From positions 27,516,123 through 27,580,122 of the forward strand of contig CP154954.1 of NCBI GenBank assembly GCA_039621445.1: a DNA stretch of 64,000 nucleotides, written 5' to 3'. The notes under the pieces are model-generated. The model made no database searches. It had not been told where the DNA came from and saw only the letters and a program-made list of their open reading frames with translations. The stretch comes from Euglena gracilis (Eukaryota). Numbering within the stretch: position 1 is the first letter of the stretch; every line of letters starts with the position of its first letter. The translations under genes were made by a program, and so were the position numbers. Below, one piece after another: positions 13,880-25,000 of this stretch.

Positions 13880-16800
13880 GTATGTGTGTTGTGTGTGTGC
13901 ACGCGCGGACGTGTGTGCTTGGGTGATCTGTGGAAGGGTTGCCCAGTGATGGGTTGGTATGTTGGTTTTTGTTTGGGCCCTCCTGCAACCATTTGATATG
14001 TTTTCTTTGCAATTGATTCACAGAGGTTATACCTGTTGGAGGAGCTGGTTTGCACACAGCGTTAAGAAAAGTGGATTGCAGGGTGATGGTTCCCGCTGTT
14101 TGCCCGTCCTTCACAGCCTGCTGTCCCAGGCGGCCTCGTCATCGGTCTTGTCCCCCAATCAGTTTCAGGTGCTCTCCATCAAAGAATGGGAAAGTTCCAG
14201 ACATGTGGTGTTGAGGTCACAGCACCAGCGACTTCCACAGCCCTCCAAATCCCCGCTGGAATACACTTGCGGTGCTCAATCCACTTGGAGGTTCGGCAAG
14301 CCAGTTACCTTGCCCCTCCTCAAATGCGACCTTGAGTCTATTTTGGGTCAATTGCTGAAAATCTCTCCGGGGGATCTGTATTGGAATTTTTGGGGGGTCA
14401 GTGAAGAGTTTGCGTGCCTTTAGAATGGTTTTCATGAAAAATGCAGTACCCACATGCCATTTGCCGATGCTTGGGGAAGTAGCTTTTCTCAGCCATATGG
14501 GCGAAACGACCCATGCCTTATCATGGCGAACTTGGAAGGGTGTAGCTCAAGAAAATTTTGCCCCACCCCCAGGGTCCAGTCAGCCAGCAGCCTTTTTCCA
14601 GCTAGCAGCTTTTTTCCAGCTGGGGACCCCCCCCATCAACGAGTTTTATTCATTTCCAGCCTTCTTTCCGGCCTTCCCTTCGGGCGGCCGGACGGTAACG
14701 GGTTTTTCGCTTTCAGGTGTTGAAAAATGGGCCAGAAATGGGCGAAAATGGGCCGGAAAAGGGCTGGTCAAGGCAAATTGTGGGTCAAAGGTCGATTTTT
14801 TTTTGCATAATTGGCAGTTTTTTGGGCATTTTTTTTGTGATTTCGATTTTTGGCACCTAGTTCAACGCTGGGTTGGGCCCAGCTCCAGCCCAGGACCCCT
14901 GGGGGGGGGGGGGCAGCCTTTTCCAGCCAGCCCACAGTTTCCAACCCCTGAGCTGGACCCCCGGGGGTAAAAAAAAAAGCCCTGCTTGGAAGACAACCCA
15001 TTTTCTGCTCAGGAAAGGTTTTGACTGGCACATCCATCTCTGTTCCACTATTCTGTGTGATACTTTTTTGCAATTTTTGAGATCTTTGGTCGGATGACAA
15101 AACCTTGCTCAGAAGCAGGGTTCAATGGGGATTTTCAGATATTATTATCAAAACACGTGCTGCACATGTGTGTTTTTCGAGGGTCCGTGTTGCATCCCCC
15201 TCTGCATAATGTCATTGCACAAGGACCCAACAAACAGAAAAGTCAGTGAAGGAGAGTCAGTATGGATTTTATAGGAGCCAGAAATCTGAAGCAGACCTTT
15301 TGGAACCATTTTTCGGAAGCCATGCTGTACGATTCCCGTGCAAACTTTTGGGGTGGATTTAAGTTCACTGGCCGAGTTGCACAGGGCAGAGATAAGCCCC
15401 CCCCCCGGTAATACATATCACCCACCAGAAACTCATCATCATTGATTGTGGGAACACGTGACGAGGTCTTTCGCCTTGGGATGAGAATGGGTCATTCTGG
15501 CTGTTCATCCCCGTGTGGATGGAGGGGAGTCGGGTGTCCTTGGCAACGTTTTCATGCGACTCAGACCCAGGACTGGCTTTCTCTTTGTTTCGTTCTCTCC
15601 CCTCCCAGGCTCTGCAGTTGGCACAGTTGGCTTCGAACAGCCTGAACGCTCAGGATCCGATGCGGTCCACTGTGCAGCAAATGCAGAAGTTGCAGGTGTG
15701 TGCTCCAGCAGCCTTTTTTTTTTTTACGCCAAGAGCGGTGTGTCCTGTTGGCAATGCGTGTGTGTGTTGTGTTGTGTTGTGTTGTGTTGTGTTGTGTCGT
15801 GTCGTGTCGTGTCGTGTCGTGTTGTGTTGTGTTGTGTTGTGTTGTGTTGTGTTGTGTTGTGTTGTGTTGTGTTGTGTTGTGTTGTGTTGTGTTGTGTTGT
15901 GTTGTGTTGTGTTGTGTTGTGTTGTGTTGTGTGTGTGTGTTGTGTTGTGTGGGTGTGTGTGTGTGCTGTGTGTGGGTGTGTGTTGTGTGTCTCCGCACGC
16001 GCCATGTGGGTGGGTGGGTGGGTGGGTGGGTGGGTGGGTGGGTGTGGTTGTGTGTGTGGACCAGGGGGGGGGGAAAACGCAAATGCGTTTTTTTTGCGGT
16101 TTTTTTGCGTTTTTCAATTTTCGGAAAATTTGCGTTTTTTGCGTTTTTTTGCGTTTTTTTGCGTTTTTCAATTTTCGGAAAATTTGCGTTTTTTGCATTT
16201 TTTTGCGTTTTTTTGCGTTTTTTTTTGCAATTTTTTTGCAATTTTTTTTGCGTTTTTTATTTTTACATTTTTTTTTGATTTTTGCGCCTCCAAATTATTG
16301 TATGCATCGCCTTGCTCACATTTCATATGCTTTTATTTACCACCATGCACCAGCTATGCTATTTTAGACGTGCGCTGTGGTAGTGAGTGAACTAATTGTT
16401 TGTGTCCTCCACACAGCCGGGTCTTTGATACTTTCTTCCCAATGCTGTGTGGAGGAATGAGCTACTTATGAGGGTTGTTCTTTGCTTTAATGCAGGGACA
16501 CCATGGAATCTGAACATGAAGTTGATGCTCTGGCGTTGGCAACTGCAGATGGAGCTTCTGAAGTTGAAATGGACGTGGATGATCAAGATGCAAATGAAAG
16601 CCATAACAAGAAACGCAAATTCAATTATGGAGCCAAGACCAGTGATTTCTTTCGTTGGTGACATCAGGGTGAGTTGTGCTTGAAACAGGTTTCAACCCGT
16701 GCCAAAAAGGATGCAATTCTCATTTGACGGCATGCATACATGAACTCAACTCCTTCATTTGTCAAGCGCGCGTGGCTGCCAACCTCCCCAGGTGCTTTAA

Positions 16801-19800
16801 AAAAAATTTCTGGTCAAGACAACACCGGCTTCGAGGGTCAAGCAATTCCCTTTGGGCACTTTTGAAGTCCGTGGTGATGCGATGTGGTGTTGCGCTTGTC
16901 AGAAGCCTGTTGACCATGACCAGGGGTAACTAGTGAAAAAATTGAAATTTGTGGTTTTTCAGAGACTTGTTCCCCTGCTGGCACACGGAAATGCTCTGCA
17001 CAGCAGCATTTGCAGAAGAAGTTACACAAGGACAATTTAAGAAGGTCTTCCAGAACGATCACCACAGTGGCCACGACAGTGGATGTGTCGCAACCATAGA
17101 TTCATTTAACCCCTGTGTGACCCCTCCCCCCGGGACATCCTGGGGGGGGGGTTTCGGGAGTGGGTGGGTGGGTTGGGGCCTCAGGAAATCCACCCCAGGG
17201 GGGGTCCACCGCCCCAAAACCCACCCAAAATCAAGCCAAATCCGGCCAAACACCCAAAAATTATCTCTCCGGGGGGTCACTGAGTGAATCTATGGTCGCA
17301 ACCAGCATCTCAAGTATCAACATCCACCGCATCATATGTTGTGCCAATTGCACCCGAGCGTGCGAAGGTGTGGCTTTCACCATTGAACTTAACAACCACA
17401 TATTTGTTTGGTTTGATCAGGTTCAAAGGGATCTCAAAGAGATGATGTCTGTGCAAGAGCACATCCAAGATGCAAGGGATGTCCTTTGTGCTGCATTCCT
17501 CGCTGCAGGTTTGTGAAAAAATCATTATCTTGTGCCTTTCTTGACACTGCTTAGGCATCCCATTGGAGAAGATTGAGCACCCAAGCATTCAAGGGTTCCT
17601 GCACAAAACATCAAAATTCTTCGGCTGCTACCCAAAAGGAGCGAAGGAGATGCATGCATGTGTCGATCGAGTTTACAAGGTAAGTTGTTTTGTCGTGAGT
17701 GCCCATGACATGCATGCTTGTGTTGCTCGAGTTTGTAACGTAAGTCGCTTTGTCATGATGGCTCAAGGCTTTCTTGTTGTTGGAGTGCACATCTTTTTCC
17801 TCGCTTGGGTGGTTGATGTCTATGTTTTCGCAGAGACATTTCAAAGAAATACGGCGACTCCTCTACGAGCACGACGTTGCTATCAGCTTTGACGAGACCA
17901 CGGACAGTCGCGGCAGATCCGTTCTCCACATAGTGGTGTTCAGTGCGGAGAAGACCCTCCTCACAGACGTCGTGTACCTGCAATGTTTCGGACCATACAT
18001 CTCTCTAAGGTTTTGCGAACCCCCCCCCCGGGGGGGGGGCTGCTGCAGCCAGCCCCGATTTGGGCCCAGCCCAGCCGCAGCAGCACCCCCCCCTGGGGGG
18101 GGGTGCTGCTAGCCCAGCTAGCCAGCCCCTTTTTGGGGGTCCAGCCCAAAATTTTTCGGCGCAAAGCGCCGAAAAATTTTGAAGAAATGTGTTCAAAAAG
18201 TGGCCAAAAATGGGGTTTGGGGGGCGTTTGGGGCATTTTTGGGGGGGGGTTCAGATGCATCATTTTTTCAAAACTGTGTTTTGCAGGTCATTTTTGGGCA
18301 TTTTTCCGATTTCAGTCCAACCCAAATTTCTAGCTAGCCCAAATTTCTAGCCCTAGCCCAGCAACCACCCCCCCCGGGGTCCTTAAAGAGATGTATGTTT
18401 CGGACCTAACGACGGTGCGGAACACCGAGAGGTTGCAAGGGTGGTCAACGAGAGCCTTGCAAAAACAGGCATTTTGCCTGAGAGACTTAAGTTTGTTGTA
18501 ATCGACGAGGGCAGTGTGATTTGCATACCGTCCCTTCCGTTGTTCGCTTTTTTGTTAACGATTTGGCAATATAGATCTTTCTTGTAATAAAAAAATGGTT
18601 GTATGCATTTCAGTGATGGTATGTGTGCGGTGGCTGCTTTCGAGAATGTTCTAACCACTTTGTTCCCCTCTGTACAATTACACCTCCAGGATAGCGCTTT
18701 GCTCTAAGCACAATCCTGCCGTTGTGTGTGTTGCCCATAAGCTGCATGGTGTGGGCCAGGAAGTCTGCAAATTTGGGTTTGATGACGTTGATTTTCTTTT
18801 CCAGTTTCCAAGTGTTCTACATCCAAAGAAACATGCTTCCACACGTCGCAGGTGGTTTCAAACTCTAAAGGAATTGAACAAGGACCTCTCTTTACCACCA
18901 AAAGTTGGAACTACACGATGGAATTCTTGGAGGGATGCTTCGGATTGGTACTGCTTTCATTTGACTGTTGTGAAAAAGTTCCTTGTTGCTGAATGTGAGC
19001 GAAACCCTTGGAAAGGAAAAGAAGGCACAATTCCACCTGTGAGGGAAAGAATCCTGAAGCTGCTTTCAGAAAGGTTCACCGGCACAGCCATTCGCATTGC
19101 TTTTTTGGCCGATCATTTGGATATGGTGGGTCACGTTCTGAACGATTTTCAAGGGAAGTCACCAGGGGAGGTTGCGTTTGTTTATGACAAGGTGATGGAG
19201 CTGAGGTCTTATTTGCAGGATTTATCGATGGACAGTTGCATGTTTACACCACGGGTTGAGAGCTTGTTTCAGAAATTGAAGGACCAAAAACCCATGCGTT
19301 CCATGCTGAGTCAAGCTGCAACTAGGGGTTACAAGTACCTTGATGTCGTGATGCGTCGGCACCCTAAACAATGGCAATTTTACAAGGAGGTTCGTGTGCT
19401 CAATCCAAGTAATTTGCCATCACTCCTTCCTTCGGCTTCAGAATATCCCACTTTAGGACTTCCGCTCACAAGGATTTTGCAGCCGAGTGGGGAAAATATT
19501 GTCGCGTGGAACGCATCTATCCCTCCAACCCCGAAGAGCTGATGGCGTTTTGGTCAAGACACCAAGGTGTTTTGGCCGAAACTGCCAAGCTGCTTCTAAG
19601 TGTTCCAGTCACCTCTGCTGATGTGGATGCCATGCTTTTCTTTATTTTGGTGCAAATTAGTTTGCATTATTGCTTAATGGTCAAATTCCGACTCATCATT
19701 TGCCGCGACGGGAATCATCGATCAAAATCATTTGCTTCTGTTCCACTTTTGGTGTCGCCTTTCAAAGACTGGCATGCACCCACGCTCCTTCAGTCTGGCT

Positions 19801-22043
19801 GGTGTCATTGACACCAAACTCCGCCATTCTCTCCCCGATGATTCCCGTCGTGCCACGTGCATGTTGATGTTCAATGGTGACATTGAAGGACGATTCTAGT
19901 CACCCGAACTCAGCGTGTCACACTCCCCAAATGCGATTGCATTTCTGCTCTTTGTGCCTCGAAGCTCTGGTGAGGCCCCTTTGACACAAAAGACGTGTTA
20001 TTTCATTACCTTCGGCCTTCATGTTACCACAAAGGCAAGGGAATCCTTTTCATCCCAATTTGCGTTTTTTTGCGTTTTTTTGCGTTTTTTTGCGTTTTTT
20101 TTGCGTCGCGTTTTTTGAGGTGCCCTGTTGCGTTTCCCCTCCCCCCCTGGTGTGGGCATGGTCCGGCACCATCTGCTGCCTGCCGACCGGCGCCGGAACG
20201 TCAGTGTTCAAACAGCAGCATTTGCAAGGAAGGGTGGGCAACCGACATGTGAATTACTGGTTGCCATGGTGTCCGTTGATGACATGCTCCGTGGGCACAG
20301 CTCGCCCCCCAAAAGACGAATGAGGCTATGCTCGATGTCCCACTATCGGGATCCGTTTCAGAAACATTTTTCTTTTGTCAATCCACTTTTTTCGTGAAGT
20401 GATAAATATTTTGTGGCCACGTTTCCAAACAACAGCCAAAGGAGAGCTGCTCTTGCTTAAATGAAAGCCATCAAGAAATGGACTTCAGATGTCATCAAGG
20501 CTATAGCATTACTAAACAGCCAAATTATAAAACTAATTTCCGTTATTGAATAATGTGTTGTTTAAAGGAATTATTTGGGTCTAGCACTGTGGAAACCGCC
20601 ACCCCCAATTGCCCTTCCCCGCTACCCCACAGCAAGCCGCACAGGCGCAACAGAGGGCGGCGCGGCTCCTGGACCTCCGGCAGCAGGTGTGTGTGTCGTG
20701 AGCACCGCGGTGGCCCACTGCATCGTATGCCACGCCGATGAGCCCGTGGCCACGTGAGCCCAACCATGGGCCTCTGGCCGTGGGTGTCACTGCTCTTCCG
20801 GCGCAGGGGCCCCTGAGTGGCGGCGGCCTGGACCAGCTCAGCCTTCTGCAGGTTGTTGTGTGTGCGTGCGTGTGTTGTGTTGTGTTATGTTGTGTTGTGT
20901 GTGTGTGTGTGTGTGTGTGTGGTGTTGTGTTGTGTGTGTGTGTGTGTGGGTGTGGGTGTGCGTGCGTGTGTGTGTGTGTGTGTGTGTGTGCATGTGTGTG
21001 GGTGGGTGGGTGGGTGGGTGTGGCGCCCTGACACGCCCACGTTGCTCTGCGATGCCTTGTGGACGGGGCGGGAGGGGTTTCATCATGGATCAGGGTGGGT
21101 CTAGACCAGTTTTTTGGGGGGGATTTGAACGGAGCTCAAATGATCTATTTGTGCTTTCGAACTGATGGGACGGAAGGTGCCTCATTTTGGTCCCAAGTGC
21201 AGGGGTATTTTTTTTGCTCGTTCGAGACTCGATTTTTGTGTATCGGTCGGCATTGCCCCCTCAGTTGGCTTGGATGGGTGCCGTTAAAAATATTCAGGTT
21301 CATTATTTGTTTGTTTGATTTGGCGGCGCCGCAGGGCTTCCCGGGTGGCCTCGGACTGGGCCAGGACAGCATCCTGGGCAGTGCGCCAGGCAGCAGTCTC
21401 AGCCTGCTGAGCCAGCCGGTGTGTGCACCGTGTGCATGTGTGCGGTGCGGTGCGGTGTTAGTGTGGAGCATTTCAATCACCTTGCGGTTGCAGACATCTG
21501 GGCAAACCGCTGAATGCCCTCCAATTGCATTATGAGACGGTTGACTTTTATTTGTCGGGACAAAAGGTTGCTCACCGAGGCCGGTGGATAAATTGAGGCC
21601 CACAAGGGACGGGGTTATTTTTTTTGTTTTGGACCGCTCCTTAGGGACCCCCCTTGGGCCTGAGGGCCGCCGCTTCTGCCGTGTCAAAATTACAAAGTCG
21701 AAAGCACATTTTTTTTTGATGATTTGGGTGGATGGACAATCCAAGGATGCCAGAAAGCATCACCCCTTAAATTGATCCGGTTTTGCCAACATAAGTTATA
21801 TATACATAACATACATACATACATACATACATACATACATACATACATACATACGTACGTACGTACATACATACATACATACATACATACATACATACAT
21901 ACATACATACATACATGCATACATACATACATACATACATACATACATACATACATACATACATACATACATACATACATACATACATACATACATACAT
22001 ACATACATACATACATACATACATACATACATACATACATACA

Positions 22044-22076
<33 letters not shown>

Positions 22077-25000
22077 TTATATATTTGGCCATTTTTCTCT
22101 GTGGGTTTTTCATCGAATGCGTTGGGATGGGACCACCATAAGTTGAACCAAGATAGGGTTCAACAGCAATGAAGATACATTTTTTTGGGGGGAAATGTAG
22201 TATGTAGTGCTGTAATTTGTGATTTTGACGTGGCTTTGACATTTAATATCAATAATGTATTCCAAATGATAAAAAAGTGCGCCACCCCCTGTGAAGGGCG
22301 CCCCCCCCCACAAATTTAAACCCCCAGGAGGTTTGGTATTCCCACCCAAATATAAGCCCCCCCCAAAACCCCGAAGTGGAAGTGCCACAAGTGGAAGTGC
22401 CATACTGCACACCGTGGCAGTCGGGGCACGAGCACACCGATTGGAGTATGATCGGGTTGCTGCAGTGGGTGCCCCAGTCTCCTGCAATGCCTAAACCCCC
22501 ATTTAAGTGCGTGGTGTCCAAATTGTACGCAGTCCCCAAATAAGTGTCACACCCCCGAGGGCCCGAGGGCACAGTCCAATATGCACATCCCGTGCACTCA
22601 ATTGGGGGGTTCACCCGACGCTGGGTCGCCACCGAGGGCCGAGCCAGGGGAGGTCGTGGTTGAGGGTTTCGAGGCATTGCCCCCCCTGCACAACAAATGC
22701 AATGTATGCCACCCGCAGCAGCCCCGCCCAGTGCTGCTGCCCAGGGGGGGTACCCGCCTTTAACTGCACCTGTCTATTTTGGACAAAAAAATTCACTCTT
22801 TTTGGGAAAGTCGGAGGTACAAAACGGAATTTGGGATAAAATTGGTATTTGAATGTAGTTGAAGTTTATGGGCCTCTCAGAAACGTTTGCTTTCTCCAAT
22901 AATACCCCCCCCCTGTGAGGGTCTTGAAATCCTGCCCAAGTATGCAAGTCTAAAGCAGGGGGGTTTCTTTATACCTGGGGGTGGTTTGCATGGGTTTGTG
23001 AACCGGCCCTCGTCATAGCTCCTTTTGGCTGGATGGACTGCACCCCCGTTTTTCTGACTGGTGGTGGCGGGGGGGGGGAGGGCGGCGTCGCTGTTCTGTT
23101 CTGTTCTCATGTCCGTCCCCCGCAGTTGTTCAGCGTCGGGGCCGGGGCGGCCTCCCCGGGGCGGCGCTCGGCGGGCGGGCGGCTGGGCGACCGGCAGCCC
23201 GTGTCGAAGTTCACGGTGGGCGCCCCCCCCCCCTCCGTTGCTGTCGCGGCAGCAACCGTGCGCCCCTTGCGTCCCACCCTCACCCCCGCCGGCATTCCAA
23301 CAGCGACGTACCCGTCCTCCGCTTTTGAGGGCAATACTTCGTCCTCCAAGAGATGGTTTACAGGCTGGTTTCGCAATTTCAGGTTGTACTGGAAAGTGAG
23401 CAGAGTTGGGCATTCCTTGCAATGCTTCAACCAACACGACAGGATAATACCTTTTTTGAAACTGTGAACGGTTCAGATGCAGGGTGGCACGCAGTGCTGC
23501 CACGGTTGGGGAATGGTTCTTTCATGAGAGCATGGACCCTGCAGGGTGGTGTGCAGGGGGGGGGGGGGTGGAGGGGGCACCTGAAGGATTTCTTCTCATC
23601 TGTCCTATCTGTCCTGGGGATCCAGGGACACCTCCCCCCGACCTGAATGCCCCCAGCGTGGGGTCATGGATGGGGAGCCTGAGGCCCCCCTGCCTCGTCC
23701 GTCCGCTTCGAGGGCGGCCATCGCCCCCCCCCCCCCCCGCAGGTGGTGAAGAAGCCCGACTCCGGCCGTTCACAGCCTTCGCGGCAGTTCCCCAGCAACC
23801 GGGACCTCGGTGTGCCCCCCCCCCAACTGGCCAGCGGTGGGGAAGATGTCTGCGCCAAAGAGTCCCGTTTTGTGCCGCGTTGCGCCGTACCCCCGGCGCT
23901 GCGTCCCGGGGTTCGGCCCGTGTGCCCCGGGTGGCGGCTGTGGCCACTACTGTCAGAGACCGGGCGGTGGGAGTCGGGCCGGCCACTCTGCCGTGTCCCA
24001 GGGCCGCCCGACGAGCCGGGCTGCTGCCGGAACTGCGGCGAGAAGGGCCACGGGCTGCGGGACTGCCCCCGGGAGCTGTCCTGCGCCAACTGCGGGCGTG
24101 CGCAGCCCCCTGTTGGCTGTCAGGGGGGACGTTGGGGAACGCAGGGCCCAAATAAAACAACCACAGGAATCCCCTCCAAATCATACGCCAAAGTTTATTA
24201 TTTGGGCTTCCGAGGACAGCACCTGAGGGCAGGGCTGAACAGGAATTTTGGAAACCCTGCGGGTGGGGGATCGACCCTGGCTTGTTTTTAACTCGGAAGA
24301 TTCGGGGGGGATGGGTCCGGACCGGACCCCCCAGCCCCGGTCTCGGCTCAGTCAGCCCAGCCGGGGTGGGTATTTTCCGAAGCTCTGGATTTTTTTTGGG
24401 GAAATGTTTTCACACCGCCCGATTTTTTGGGGGGACCCACCCGCTAAATCACCACACCCGGAGGAGGAATTTCTTCCAACACTGAACGAAAAATTGAATT
24501 AATTTTTTTTAAAAAAAAATACCTGAAATTTGGGAACCAGGAAGGGATGGTTGAACCAGATGGTCGACCATCTCTGTTTTAAGCCCCCAGGGCCCAGCTT
24601 TAAGCCCCACCCACCCAGCCTGGTGTGCCCCCGCAGGGGGGGGGGCTCAATGGGAATCCCCGAAACTCTATGGGTGGTCCGGTGGGGGCGTCCGCCCACA
24701 CCCCCACCCATCTCGATGATTGATTCATTCGTTAAGTGACCATCAGTAATTAATCAGTGAAGAATTAGTTCCATGCAGAAATGCACCAACAGCACGCGTT
24801 TGCTTGACGGCCACGGGTGGCTGGAAACAAAGGGCATACCCACCATGTGTGCCGGGATGGTGGTATGTCGTTCCCACATCCCGTCCATACTCTTTTTTTG
24901 AAGAAACAGTGTCAATGTGCATGCGTCATTCCTGACTGATAGCAACTGGTTTCTTTTAATTGGGTTTCTGAATATTGGCCTGGGGAGTTGTATTTGGGTT

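Larger units (their letters stand above)
16495..19899 (+). pseudogene. hAT transposase, intron-containing, probably degenerate (ends approximate)
   Basis: Zn finger WCCACQKPVDH..HLQKKLH; ISFDETTD (first catalytic Asp); CVAHKLH (CxxH); TTRWNSW; LLSVPVTSADVD (hAT dimerisation region). GT-AG introns e.g. 17680-17833. Apparent frameshift near 19460-19500. Confidence 0.8.
16062..20149 (+). mobile_element. hAT-superfamily DNA transposon (~4.1 kb) inside a host intron
   Basis: TIRs CAGGGGGG..AAAACGCAA / TTGCGTTTCCC..CCCCTG; 8-bp TSD gtgtggac/gtgtgggc; subterminal TTTTTGCG repeats at both ends; internal transposase. Confidence 0.9.

Noticed and set aside
15513-16390. Long Cys/Val-rich ORFs (also 4130-4669, 5678-6305, 21690-22242)
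   Set aside because: Translations of microsatellites; only short embedded exons look real.
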